Shown: positions 30,743 through 40,592, numbered from the stretch's first letter. The stretch is 64,000 nucleotides of DNA from Anaeromyxobacteraceae bacterium (GCA_047602405.1 JASGHJ010000002.1:1600001-1664000), one strand, 5' to 3'. The notes: generated by a model not told the origin, from the sequence alone. Made by a program: numbers and translations.

Positions 30743-31636
30743 ATGGGAGCCCAAGAGCCGACGCCCCGCCTCGTGGCCGACGCGGACGCGCTCGCGGCGC
30801 TGGTCGAGCGGCTCCGCGGCGAGTCCATCCTCGCGCTCGACAGCGAGTCCAACAGCTTCCACGTCTACCGCGAGCGGGTCTGCCTGCTGCAGCTGTCGAC
30901 CCGCGCCGAGGACTTCGTGGTCGACCCCATCGCGGTCGACCCCCGGCCGCTCGGGGCGGTGCTGTGCGACGGCCGCGAGGTGGTGCTCCACGGGGCCGAC
31001 TACGACGTGCGCTGCCTGAGGCGCGAGTACGGCTGGCAGCTCCCGCGGCTCTTCGACACCATGGCGGCCGCCCGCCGCCTCGGGCGCCCCGCCGTGGGCC
31101 TCGCCGCGCTCGTCGAGGCCCGCTTCGGCGTGCGCATGTCGAAGTCGTTCCAGCGCTCGGACTGGGGCCGGCGGCCGCTCGCGAAGGACCAGCTCGCCTA
31201 CGCGTCCCTCGACACGCACTTCCTCCTCGAGCTGCGCGACGAGCTCCACGCGGAGCTCACCCGCGAGGGGAAGCTCGACGAGGCCGTGCGCGAGTTCGAG
31301 CGCATCGCCGCGGTCGAGTTCCGCGAGAAGGTCTTCGATCCCGAGGCGTGGCGGCGCATCAAGGGCGCCCGCGACCTCGACCCGCGCGGGCGGACCGTGC
31401 TGCGGGGCCTGTTCCTCGCGCGCGAGGAGCGGGCGCGGGCGCTCGACCGCCCGCCGTTCAAGGTGATCGGGGACGAGGCGCTCCTCGAGATCGCGAAGCG
31501 CAAGCCCGGGACCGTGGACGCGCTCTCCGGCGTGCGCGGGGTGACGCCGGCGGTCCTGCGGAAGCTCGGTGACGAGATCCTCCGCGTCGTGGCCGCCTCG
31601 GCCGAGGGCCAGGGCCCCGGGCCGGGCGCGCCCTGA
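30743..31636 (+). CDS. rnd: Ribonuclease D (3'-5' exonuclease plus HRDC domain)
   Basis: ALDSE, CLLQLS, HGADYD, FDTM, SDWGRRPL and YASLD motifs. Confidence 0.88.
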   Translation: MGAQEPTPRLVADADALAALVERLRGESILALDSESNSFHVYRERVCLLQLSTRAEDFVVDPIAVDPRPLGAVLCDGREVVLHGADYDVRCLRREYGWQLPRLFDTMAAARRLGRPAVGLAALVEARFGVRMSKSFQRSDWGRRPLAKDQLAYASLDTHFLLELRDELHAELTREGKLDEAVREFERIAAVEFREKVFDPEAWRRIKGARDLDPRGRTVLRGLFLAREERARALDRPPFKVIGDEALLEIAKRKPGTVDALSGVRGVTPAVLRKLGDEILRVVAASAEGQGPGPGAP

Positions 31637-31642
31637 CGCGCC

Positions 31643-33967
31643 TCAGAAGGCGGCACCCGCGGCGGGCGCGGGGATCTTCGCGCCCGGGTCGAGCGGGGCG
31701 GGGCCGTCCCCGGCGAGCCGGCGGTAGACGTCCCACCCGGCCGCGACGATCTTCACGTACTCGCGGGTCTCCCGGTACGGGATCGACTCCACCCACACGT
31801 CGAGCGGCTGGCCCGCGCGGTCGCGCGCCCAGCCGGCGGCGACGGCGGGCCCGGCGTTGTACGCGGCGAGCGCGACGGCCGGCGCCTGGAACCGGGACAC
31901 GAGCAGCCCGAGGTAGTGGACGCCGAGGGGCAGGTTGACGCGCGGATCGTCGAGCCGCGCGCCGGCCTCGCCGGGCAGGCCGAGCACCGCGGCCACCCGC
32001 GCCGCCGTCGCGGGGCGGAGCTGGAGCAGGCCCCGGGCGTCCGCGCCGCTGCGGGCCCGCACCTCGAAGCGCGACTCGCGCCGCATGACCGCGTACACGA
32101 GGGAGGGGTCGAGCCCGGCCGCGCGCGCGGCGGGCACGACGTCGCCGCCGAACGGCTCGGGGTGGCCCCAGCGCTGCGCGCGCCGGGTGGGCGCGAGCTG
32201 GTCCCGGGCGAGCACGAACGGCAGCTCCGGGTCGCCCGCGAACGCCGCGAGCTGGGCCACGAGCGGCGCGGCGGCGCGCGCCTGGGGGCCGCGCGAGAGG
32301 TCGCGCAGCTCGTCGAGGGCCTGCTCGCGCAGGCCGAGCCCGAGGAGCTCGACCGCCACCGAGAGGCGGGCGGCCGAGGCCGAGTTGTTGATCTCCGGGA
32401 TCGGGCGGGCGGGCGCCGCCGCGGGCGGCTTCGGGTGCACGCCGAGCTCGGCGAGGCGCGCGCGGGCGAGCACGCCGTACCAGCCGTCGCCGCCGAGCGC
32501 GAGCGCCTGCTCGAGGAGGGCGCGCCGGCGGGCGGGAGAGGCGGTGAGGCGCGCGCGCCAGTAGGCGCTGGCGTCGGCGAGCGGTCCGGGTGAGAGGCGG
32601 GCGAGGAGCCGCGCGGCCTCGCCCGCCTGGCCGAGGCGGTAGCGCGACCAGGCGGCGAACCAGGTCGCGTCGGCGGCGCGGCGCGAGCCGGGGCGGGCGC
32701 GGGCGAAGCCCTCGAGCGCGGTCGCGGCGCGGGTGAGGTCCCCGGCGTCGTACCAGAGCCAGCTCGCGAGGAAGGTCGCCTCGTCCTCGAGGTCGCGCTG
32801 GCGCCAGGCGGGGAGCCCGGGCACCTCCGCGCGGATCGGCGCGAGGCGGGCGTAGAGCGCGGTCGCCTCCTCGAAGCGGCCCGCGCGGGCGGCGGCGCGG
32901 GCGAGCACGAAGAGCGCGCCCCGGCGGACGGAGGCGTCCGCGGCCTCGGCGAGCGGCTGCGCGAGCGCGGCCGCGTCGGCGGGGCGCCCGAGGGCGAAGA
33001 CCGCCATCGCGCGGAGGACCTCGGACCTCCCCGCCGGCGGCGACGGGGGCTCCGCCTGCGCGGCGCGGTCGAGCTCGGCGAGCGCCGCCTCCGGCCAGCC
33101 GTCGAGGACGAGCCGCTCCGCGCGGTCGAGGTGCTCCCGCGGCTCGAAGGGTGGCACGGGCCCACCGGAGGAGCGCCAGGCGGAGAGGATCGCCTCCGCG
33201 TCGCGCGCCTCCTGCGCCGCAGGGCGCTCGAGCCACAGCGCGCGCAGGGTGGCGGTCGCGCGCGCGTCGTCGCCGGCGGCGCGCGCGGCACGGCCGAGCA
33301 CGAGCCGCGCGTGCGCGGCGGCGCGGTCCTCCGGGGCCGCCGCGAGCACGGCCTCGAGGGCGGCGCTCGCCTCGTCGGCGAGCCCGGCGGCGAAGAGCGC
33401 GTCGCCCTCGCGGAAGCGGGCGCGGTGGGCGAGGGCGAGCCCGGGCACGAGCGTCGCCTGGGAGAAGAGCCGCGCCGCGAGCGGGGCCTGGCCGGCGGCG
33501 AGGAGCGACTCGGCCCTGGCGAACGCGAGGTGGGCGCGCGCCGGCACCGGGGCGCCGCCGAGGGCGGTCTCGAGCGCGACCGTGGCGGCCTCGTGCTCGC
33601 CCCGGCCGGCGAGGGCGAGGCCGAGCGCGGCCTGGCCGAGCGCCGAGGCCGGGCCGCGGGGCCTCGCGAGCACGGCGCGGCGCGCGCCCGTCTCCGCGCC
33701 CGCGGGGTCGCCGTCGGCGAGCGCCTGGGCCGCGTCGCCCAGCCCCGAGAGCCAGTCGCAGAGGGGTTCGCGCGTGGCGGGGTATGCGCACAGGGGCGCA
33801 CCCGTCGCCGCGACGACCGCGATCGCCGCGACGATTCCCCGAAGGATCTCGGGCCTCGGGCGCCTGCCCGCCCGGGCGCGCCCCGCCCGGGCGGTGGGGG
33901 GCTTGACTCGTTCAGGCGAGGACAGCGATAACCCCCGCGCACCCGACGGCTCCGCAGGGGGACGCAC
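31643..33967 (-). CDS. Soluble lytic murein transglycosylase with TPR-like repeats (start uncertain)
   Basis: C-terminal AVMRRESRF, GLLQL, AAYNAG and ETREYVK motifs. GTG 33967 chosen so it does not overlap the opposite-strand gene. Confidence 0.85.
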   Translation of the reverse strand: MRPPAEPSGARGLSLSSPERVKPPTARAGRARAGRRPRPEILRGIVAAIAVVAATGAPLCAYPATREPLCDWLSGLGDAAQALADGDPAGAETGARRAVLARPRGPASALGQAALGLALAGRGEHEAATVALETALGGAPVPARAHLAFARAESLLAAGQAPLAARLFSQATLVPGLALAHRARFREGDALFAAGLADEASAALEAVLAAAPEDRAAAHARLVLGRAARAAGDDARATATLRALWLERPAAQEARDAEAILSAWRSSGGPVPPFEPREHLDRAERLVLDGWPEAALAELDRAAQAEPPSPPAGRSEVLRAMAVFALGRPADAAALAQPLAEAADASVRRGALFVLARAAARAGRFEEATALYARLAPIRAEVPGLPAWRQRDLEDEATFLASWLWYDAGDLTRAATALEGFARARPGSRRAADATWFAAWSRYRLGQAGEAARLLARLSPGPLADASAYWRARLTASPARRRALLEQALALGGDGWYGVLARARLAELGVHPKPPAAAPARPIPEINNSASAARLSVAVELLGLGLREQALDELRDLSRGPQARAAAPLVAQLAAFAGDPELPFVLARDQLAPTRRAQRWGHPEPFGGDVVPAARAAGLDPSLVYAVMRRESRFEVRARSGADARGLLQLRPATAARVAAVLGLPGEAGARLDDPRVNLPLGVHYLGLLVSRFQAPAVALAAYNAGPAVAAGWARDRAGQPLDVWVESIPYRETREYVKIVAAGWDVYRRLAGDGPAPLDPGAKIPAPAAGAAF

Positions 33968-34016
33968 GAAGGTTCCATCGGAACCCCGGCGTCGTGGAGC
34001 GGCCGGCACAGGTGGG

Positions 34017-34265
34017 ATGAGCCATCCGGAGGATCGCATCGTGCAAGGCAAGCCTTCTCCCACCGAGCTGACCGCGCCCATCAACCCCGACCGTGGCATC
34101 GAGGGGCACCGCAACCTGTTCTGCAACTACTACGACGCCTGCCTCGACGAGGCCGTCCGCCGTGGCTGGAACAGCTGGACCTGCACCCGCTGCTCGAACC
34201 ACGTGCTCGAGCCCGAGGTCGAGGGCGGGATCGAGGCTTACGCCCAGCAGCGCCGGATGATCTAG
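34017..34265 (+). CDS. Small four-cysteine protein (82 aa), putative metal/Fe-S binding
   Basis: Tail of ORF 33249..34265 with normal codon usage: HRNLFCNYYDACLDEAVRRGWNSWTCTRC. Upstream TTGACT-N18-GATAAC. Confidence 0.75.
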   Translation: MSHPEDRIVQGKPSPTELTAPINPDRGIEGHRNLFCNYYDACLDEAVRRGWNSWTCTRCSNHVLEPEVEGGIEAYAQQRRMI

Positions 34266-34309
34266 GCGCTGCCGCCCAGGCGAGAACGTAGCGCGGGCCG
34301 GTCCCCGGC

Positions 34310-35899
34310 TCAATCCGTGTAGATCACCACGATCCACGTGCGCCCGGCGCCGAACCGGGCGCTGTCGCCCGTCGCGACGCCGACCCCGACCCGCCCGAAG
34401 CGCGGGTCCCGCAGGTTCTTCGAGCGCGTGGCGTCGTCCGGCGCGGACGCGACGAACACGTCCACCGCCGAGAGCCTGCGCTGAAGCCCGAGCGCGCGCT
34501 CCGAGAGCTCGGCCGCGTCGGTGTCGTCCGCGGCCAGCATGGCGCGCGCGGCCTCGCGCGCCATCGCGTCGAGGCGCGCGTCGCTCGTGAGCGGCGGCGC
34601 GCCGCCGGACTGCGCCCGGGCCTTCCAGAGCGCCTCCCGCACCCGCGCGTCGGGGGTGAGCGGGCTCACGCCGGGGTCGGGCGGCTCCACGAAGATCTGC
34701 GTGAGGTACACGCGCTCGCTGCCGGTCTCGTCGATCCGCCCGCGGGCGAGCCCGAGCCCCACCAGCCGCGCCGCCGGCCGGAGCATGTTCGCGAGGTGGG
34801 CGGGGCTCTCCTCCGCGCCGTGGTGCGCCTCGAGCGCGGTCGGGGCGCGGCCGACGTTCTCGTACGCGCGCACGTACGGGACCCGCGCGCGCCGGAGCCG
34901 ATCCCCGAGCTCGCCCGTGCCGGGGAGGACGTGGGCGACCTTGTTCGCGTCGCGCATGGCCTCCGAGTGGGTCCGGGCGACCGCCGAGAGCGCCGGGCTG
35001 AGCTCGAGCGCCCCGAGGCCCTTCTGGCGGCGCAGCTCGTTGAGCGCCCGCAGCACGTCCTCCACCGCGCGCGTGTCGTCGCCCCGCGCGCCGGCCGGCC
35101 CGCGCGCGGGGAAGGGTGCGTCGAGGGCGGCGCCGCCCGCCGAGACCGCGAGGAGCCCGGCCATCTCGGGGCCGTCCGCGCCCTCCGCCATGACCTCGAC
35201 GAGCCAGCGGCCCGGCTCCGGGAAGCTCACCCGCGCGCGGAACGCGCGCTCCCCGCCGACCTCGAGCTCGGAGACCTTGCCCGAGGGCGAGGTGGCGTAG
35301 ACGCGCGGGAACCGGAGCCCGTCGCCGAGCGTGCCGGCGAGGACGTGCGCGGAGCCCGGCGCGACGTCGCGCGGGAACGGGCCGAGCTCGAGGCGGCGGC
35401 GCGACAGCACCACGACGGCCCAGGCGCGCTCGCCCCGCGCGGCGACGCCGACGCCCACGGCGGTGGCGGGCGCCTTCCCAATCCGCGAGGCCACCGCGGC
35501 CGGCAGCGCCGAGGGCGACGTGGTGACGAGGACGGCCCAGGGCTGCGGGTCGAAGGCGGCCGCCCGGGAGAGGGCGCTGCGCAGGGCGCCGCTCGAGACC
35601 GGGTCCGGATCTCCGCCCGCCGCACGATCGGCGAGCTCGCGCGCGGCCAGCGCGAGCGAGGAGGTGGGCGCGGGCCGGACACCCGCGGAGGCGAGGCTCC
35701 CGAGGACGGCGCCGAGCACCGAGGTCTCGAGCGGCCGGGGCTGGAGCGCGGGCTCGGCCCCGTAGCGCGCGCCCGCGGCCGGCGGCGCCGCGTCGGGCAC
35801 GGCGGCGGGGGGCGCGGCGGGCGGCGCCTCCGGGCGCAACCCGGGGGCCGTGGCGCAGGCCGCGCAGGCGGCGAGGGCGATGGCGCGCGCGCTACGCAG
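34310..35899 (-). CDS. CAP/SCP-domain putative lipoprotein (probable CTG start)
   Basis: LNELRRQKGL, ARTHSEAM, ENVG, SPAHLANML and a second CAP-like repeat. The in-frame upstream extension gives RSARAIALAAC. Confidence 0.8.
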   Translation of the reverse strand: MRSARAIALAACAACATAPGLRPEAPPAAPPAAVPDAAPPAAGARYGAEPALQPRPLETSVLGAVLGSLASAGVRPAPTSSLALAARELADRAAGGDPDPVSSGALRSALSRAAAFDPQPWAVLVTTSPSALPAAVASRIGKAPATAVGVGVAARGERAWAVVVLSRRRLELGPFPRDVAPGSAHVLAGTLGDGLRFPRVYATSPSGKVSELEVGGERAFRARVSFPEPGRWLVEVMAEGADGPEMAGLLAVSAGGAALDAPFPARGPAGARGDDTRAVEDVLRALNELRRQKGLGALELSPALSAVARTHSEAMRDANKVAHVLPGTGELGDRLRRARVPYVRAYENVGRAPTALEAHHGAEESPAHLANMLRPAARLVGLGLARGRIDETGSERVYLTQIFVEPPDPGVSPLTPDARVREALWKARAQSGGAPPLTSDARLDAMAREAARAMLAADDTDAAELSERALGLQRRLSAVDVFVASAPDDATRSKNLRDPRFGRVGVGVATGDSARFGAGRTWIVVIYTD

Positions 35900-36179
35900 T
35901 CTTGACCTCGAGCCCGGCCGCGGCCTCGCGGCCCAGGCGGGCGTTCACACGCTCGCACACCAAACGCTCCGCCGAGGCGAGCTGCTCCGCCCACTCCCGC
36001 GTGCTCGCCACGACGAGGAGCCGGCCATCCTTCAGGACGCCGCGGAACGAGACCTCGCGTGCGAGTCGCGGCCCGCACGCCTCCGCGAAGGCCGCCGCGA
36101 GCGCGGCCTCGCCCGCGGCGGGGCGCTTCGCGAGGGTCTCGGCGAGCACCGAGGCGACGGTCCGGCGGCGTCCACGCAT
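35892..36179 (-). CDS. DciA/DUF721 family protein
   Basis: 95 aa containing GRLLVVASTREWAEQL...VNARLG. Confidence 0.7.
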   Translation of the reverse strand: MRGRRRTVASVLAETLAKRPAAGEAALAAAFAEACGPRLAREVSFRGVLKDGRLLVVASTREWAEQLASAERLVCERVNARLGREAAAGLEVKTA

Positions 36180-36321
36180 CGCGCGAGATAAACGCGCGTC
36201 CAGACGGCCGTCAAGGCGCCTCCCCGTGGACGTGGCAGACTCTGCGTTGCCGCTGCCGATGCGGCGTTTCGTCACGGACGCCGCACACGATGGGGTGTGC
36301 TAGCTTGACCCACACGTTGCC

Positions 36322-37692
36322 ATGAGCATCACGACGGCTGACCTGGCCGATGGGCGGGGCCCGGATGAAGCCGCCCGAGAGACTCCCCCGCAGGGCGGGG
36401 TGGGGTCCGCGCTGACGCATGGCAACGTGAACCTCCGCTGGCTCGTGCAGCTGCACTGGGCCGGCCTCGTGGGACAGGTCGTCGCGATCTTCGCCGCCTC
36501 GCTCTGGAGCGGGGTGGGGCTGCCGCTCCCGACGCTCGGGGTCTTCCTGGTGTGCGAGGTGGTGGCGAACTTCGCGCTGCAGGCCTGGGCGGGCCGGGGC
36601 CGGGTGACCGACCGCGGCGTCGCCTTCGTGATGATCGCCGACGTGGTCGTGCTGACGGTGCTGCTCGACCTCACCGGCGGCGTCTCGAACCCGTTCGCGG
36701 CCATCTACCTCGTCTACGTGGCGCTCGCCGCGGTGATCCTGCCCGTGCGCTGGGCCTGGATCCTCGCCGTCGCGACCGCGGTGGCGTACGGCGTGCTCTA
36801 CCTGAACGAGCGGCTCTACGGGCGCGCCCACCACGTGACGATGCGGATGCGGCTCGAGGAGCTCGCCGACGAGTACGCGCGCACCGCCTGGATCGCGTTC
36901 GCGGTGGCCTCGGCCTCGATCGTCTTCTTCATCCGGCGGATCTCCGACGCCCTCGCCCAGCGCGAGCGCGAGCTCGAGGAGGCCCGCGCCCGCGGCCAGC
37001 GCCGCGAGCGGCTGGCCTCGCTCGCGACGCTGGCCGCCGGCGCCGCGCACGAGCTCGCGACGCCGCTCTCGACCATCGCGGTCGTCGCGAAGGAGCTCGA
37101 TCGCAACCTGCCCGCGGGCACGCCGGACGACGTCCGCGAGGACCTCCGCATCGTGCGCGACCAGGTCGCCCGCTGCCGCAACATCCTCGACCGCATGTCG
37201 GCCCGCGCCGGCGAGACGGCGGGCGAGCAGATCGCGGAGCTCACCGGCGAGCAGTGGCTCGCCTCCGCGCTCGACGGCTTCCCCTGGAGCGCGCGGGTCA
37301 CGCAGGACGCCTCACCCGAGGCGCTCGCGGCGCGGGTGCGCGGGCCGGTGCGCGCGCTCGCCGACATGCTGCGCGGGCTGATGAAGAACGCCGCGCAGGC
37401 GTCGCCCGAGGGTTCGCCGATCCACGTGAAGCTCTCGCTCGTGGGCGAGACGGTCCACGCGACCGTGAAGGACAGCGGCCGGGGCATGAGCCCCGAGGTG
37501 CTCCGCCGTGTCGGAGAGCCGTTCTACACCACCAAGGGTCCGGGCGAGGGCATGGGCCTTGGCCTGTTCCTGACCCGAGCGCTCGCCGAGCAGCTCGGGG
37601 GTGAATTCCGCATCGCCTCGCGTCCCGGGGAGGGGACGGAGGCGACGGTCGAGCTGCCGGCGGTCGCCGCCGGCGGGAGGAGGGTCCCGTGA
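36322..37692 (+). CDS. regB: Redox sensor histidine kinase, RegB/PrrB type
   Basis: LRWL, quinone-binding GGxxNPF (GGVSNPF), AAHELATPL H-box, conserved Cys in RCRNIL, GMGLGLF. Confidence 0.88.
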   Translation: MSITTADLADGRGPDEAARETPPQGGVGSALTHGNVNLRWLVQLHWAGLVGQVVAIFAASLWSGVGLPLPTLGVFLVCEVVANFALQAWAGRGRVTDRGVAFVMIADVVVLTVLLDLTGGVSNPFAAIYLVYVALAAVILPVRWAWILAVATAVAYGVLYLNERLYGRAHHVTMRMRLEELADEYARTAWIAFAVASASIVFFIRRISDALAQRERELEEARARGQRRERLASLATLAAGAAHELATPLSTIAVVAKELDRNLPAGTPDDVREDLRIVRDQVARCRNILDRMSARAGETAGEQIAELTGEQWLASALDGFPWSARVTQDASPEALAARVRGPVRALADMLRGLMKNAAQASPEGSPIHVKLSLVGETVHATVKDSGRGMSPEVLRRVGEPFYTTKGPGEGMGLGLFLTRALAEQLGGEFRIASRPGEGTEATVELPAVAAGGRRVP

Positions 37693-38249
37693 ACCAGACG
37701 AGCACCGACATCACCCCGAAGGAGACGTTGCCGAGCATCCTGCTCGTCGACGACGACGAGGTCCTCCGCGAGCGCCTCGCGACGGCCATCCGCGCGCGCG
37801 GCTACGAGGTCCGCACCGCCGCGAACTCCGCCGACGCCATCAAGGAGGCGGAGAAGGAGTCGCCCGAGATGGCGGTGGTCGACCTGCGCATGCCGGGCGG
37901 CAGCGGCCTCGAGCTGCTCCGCGAGCTGCGCCGCCACGACCCGCACACCCGCGTCCTCGTCCTGACCGGCTACGGCAGCATCGCGACCGCCGTCGAGGCG
38001 GTCCGCGACGGGGCCGTGGGCTACCTGCCGAAGCCGGCCGACGCCGACGAGATCCTCGCGGCGCTCAACGGCCAGCAGACCGCGAAGCAGACGGGCGTCG
38101 AGACGCCCTCGCTCGCGCGGGCGGAGTGGGAGCACATCCAGCGCGTGCTCACCGACTGCGGCGGCAACATCTCCGAGGCGGCCCGGCGGCTCGGCATCCA
38201 CCGCCGCTCGCTGCAGCGGAAGCTGCACAAGTACCCGCCGGTCAGGTAG
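37689..38249 (+). CDS. regA: Response regulator, RegA/PrrA type
   Basis: LTGYGSIATAVEAV and WEHIQRVL..CGGNISEAARRLGIHRRSLQRKL. Confidence 0.92.
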   Translation: MNQTSTDITPKETLPSILLVDDDEVLRERLATAIRARGYEVRTAANSADAIKEAEKESPEMAVVDLRMPGGSGLELLRELRRHDPHTRVLVLTGYGSIATAVEAVRDGAVGYLPKPADADEILAALNGQQTAKQTGVETPSLARAEWEHIQRVLTDCGGNISEAARRLGIHRRSLQRKLHKYPPVR

Positions 38250-38351
38250 GGCACGGTCGGCGGCCCGGACGTGGCGTCCGAGGCACGGGAGCCCCACGGC
38301 GCGAACCTTTTCGTCGCCGCGGGGCTCTCATGCGTTATGGAAGGGACCACC

Positions 38352-38786
38352 ATGGACACCACCGTCGCGAAGAAGACCGTCGAGCTGACCGCCAAGAACT
38401 TCAAGGAGGTGGTCGAGAAGGACGGCATCGTCCTCATCGACTGGTGGGCGCCCTGGTGCGGTCCGTGCCGCACCTTCGGTCCGACCTACGAGAAGGTCGC
38501 GGGCCGCTACCCCGACGTCACCTTCGGGAAGGTGAACACCGAGGACGAGCAGGACCTCGCGGGCGCCTTCGACATCCGCTCGATCCCCACGCTCATGATC
38601 CTCCGCGACCGCGTGCTGCTCTTCTCGCAGGCCGGTGCGCTGCCGGAGGCGGCGCTCGAGGATCTCGTCCAGCAGGCCCGCAAGGTCGACATGGACAAGG
38701 TCCGGGCGGAGATCGCCGAGCAGGAGCAGCAGCACGCCGCCGGCCACCAGCACGGTCCCGGCTGCAATCACGATCACGACCACTAG
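38352..38786 (+). CDS. Thioredoxin with His/Cys-rich C-terminal tail
   Basis: WCGPC active site. Tail reads HAAGHQHGPGCNHDHDH. Confidence 0.92.
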   Translation: MDTTVAKKTVELTAKNFKEVVEKDGIVLIDWWAPWCGPCRTFGPTYEKVAGRYPDVTFGKVNTEDEQDLAGAFDIRSIPTLMILRDRVLLFSQAGALPEAALEDLVQQARKVDMDKVRAEIAEQEQQHAAGHQHGPGCNHDHDH

Positions 38787-38875
38787 CCCGGCCGGGGGAT
38801 CGACCGTCCGCTCGGGCCCGCGGCCGGACCGGCCGCGAGGTGGACATCCGACCCATCCCGGGGTTTCTTCTGGGT

Positions 38876-39763
38876 GTGGTCGATCCTGCGACGCTCCGCG
38901 GCCTCGAGCCGCCGCCCGCCCCGGCGCACCCCCGCCGCGTCATCGCCCTCGCCGCCGCCGCCCTCGTCGCGATCGGCTGGATCGACCTCGCGACCGGGAC
39001 CGAGCTCGACCTCTTCGCCCTCTACTTCATCCCCGTCGCGCTCGTGAGCTGGAACGCGGGCCGGGGGGCCGGCCTCGCGAGCGCGACCGCGAGCGCGATC
39101 GTGTGGCTCTCGGCGGACCTGGCCGGCGGCCGCGCCGAGCGCGACGTCGCCATCGCGGTGGTGAACTCGGTCGTCGAGCTGACGGCGTTCGGGACCGTCG
39201 CGCTCCTCGTCTCGGGGAACCGCGCGGCGCTCCTGCGGGAGCGCGCGCTCGCGCGGCGCGACCCGCTCACCCGGCTCGACAACGGCATCGCGTTCCGGGA
39301 CCGGGCGGAGCAGGAGCTCGCACGCGCGCGGCGCAGGCGCAGCCCGGTGGTCGTCGCCTACCTCGACCTCGACGGCTTCAAGGCGGTGAACGACGAGCGG
39401 GGGCACGCGGCCGGCGACGACGTGCTCCGCACGATCGCCTACGAGATCCGCCACCGCTGCAGGACGACCGACGCGGCCGCGCGCCTCGCGGGCGACGAGT
39501 TCGCGTTCCTCCTCCCCGACACCGACGCCGCGGGCGCGCGGATCGTGCTCGAGGCCCTGCGCGCCTCCATCGCCGAGGCGATGAAGGTCCGCGGGCACGC
39601 GGTCACCGCCAGCGTCGGCGCGGTGGCGTTCGCGGAGGCCCCGCCCTCGGTGGAGGGGCTCGTGCGGGAGGCCGACGCCGTCATGTACGAGGCGAAGCGG
39701 GCCGGGAAGGATCGGGTGGTCGTGCGCGAGCGGACCGCCACCGGCGGGGGCGCCCGCGCGTGA
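38876..39763 (+). CDS. Membrane GGDEF-domain protein (AGDEF variant), start approximate
   Basis: About 4 TM helices, then DPLTRL, DLDGFKAVND, GHAAGD and RLAGDEF. Confidence 0.85.
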   Translation: MVDPATLRGLEPPPAPAHPRRVIALAAAALVAIGWIDLATGTELDLFALYFIPVALVSWNAGRGAGLASATASAIVWLSADLAGGRAERDVAIAVVNSVVELTAFGTVALLVSGNRAALLRERALARRDPLTRLDNGIAFRDRAEQELARARRRRSPVVVAYLDLDGFKAVNDERGHAAGDDVLRTIAYEIRHRCRTTDAAARLAGDEFAFLLPDTDAAGARIVLEALRASIAEAMKVRGHAVTASVGAVAFAEAPPSVEGLVREADAVMYEAKRAGKDRVVVRERTATGGGARA

Positions 39764-40500
39764 TCGCGGTGATCACCGGCGGGTCCCGCGGCATCGGCGC
39801 GGCGACCGCGCTCGAGTGTGCGCGCGCGGGCTGGGACGTCGCGGTGGGCTACCGGGAGCGGTCCGACCGGGCCGAGGCGGTCTGCGAGGCGGTCCGCGCG
39901 CTCGGGCGCCGGGCCCTCGCGGTGCGGGCGGACGTCGGGGTGGATGCCGAGGTGCGCGCGCTCTTCCTCGCGGTCGACCGCGGGCTCGGCGTGCCGTCGG
40001 GCCTCGTCAACGCCGCCGGGATCGTCGCGCCGGCGGCCCGCGCCGACGAGCTCGACGGCGCGCGCGTGCGGAGGCTCCTCGAGGTGAACGTCGCGGGGAG
40101 CCTCGCCTGCGCCCGCGAGGCGGTCCGCCGGATGAGCACGCGCCACGGCGGGCGCGGCGGGGCCATCGTGAACGTCTCGTCGGTCGCCGCGCGCACCGGC
40201 GGGGCGGGCGAGTACGTGGACTACGCCGCCTCGAAGGGCGCCATCGACGCCTTCACGGTCGGCCTCGCCCGCGAGGTCGCGGCCGAGGGGATCCGGGTGA
40301 ACGCGGTGCGGCCGGGCATCACCGACACCGAGATCCACGCGAGCGGCGGGCGCCCGGATCGGGCCTGGCGCCTGGCGCCGCAGCTCCCGATGCAGCGGCC
40401 CGGGACCGCCGAGGAGGTGGCCCGAGCGATCGCGTGGCTCCTCTCCGACGCCGCGAGCTACTGCACGGGGTCCATCCTCGACGTGGCGGGCGGTCGCTGA
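39760..40500 (+). CDS. Short-chain dehydrogenase (YgfF-like)
   Basis: TGGSRGIG, YAASKGA and IRVNAVRPG motifs. Confidence 0.9.
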   Translation: MIAVITGGSRGIGAATALECARAGWDVAVGYRERSDRAEAVCEAVRALGRRALAVRADVGVDAEVRALFLAVDRGLGVPSGLVNAAGIVAPAARADELDGARVRRLLEVNVAGSLACAREAVRRMSTRHGGRGGAIVNVSSVAARTGGAGEYVDYAASKGAIDAFTVGLAREVAAEGIRVNAVRPGITDTEIHASGGRPDRAWRLAPQLPMQRPGTAEEVARAIAWLLSDAASYCTGSILDVAGGR

Positions 40501-40538
40501 GGACACCGGCCTCGCGCCCGCGCCACGCAACGAGACGA

Positions 40539-40570
40539 GAAGGGGCGGCCGGTCACCCGGACGCCCCTTC
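40539..40570. terminator. Hairpin between convergent genes
   Basis: GAAGGGGCG...CGCCCCTTC. Confidence 0.55.
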
Positions 40571-40592
40571 GCCGATCCGTCGACGTCGAGCG

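Noticed and set aside
33900..33916. Second LexA box (GTTCAGG)
   Set aside because: Only the right half matches. The left half fits poorly and coincides with a -35 hexamer.
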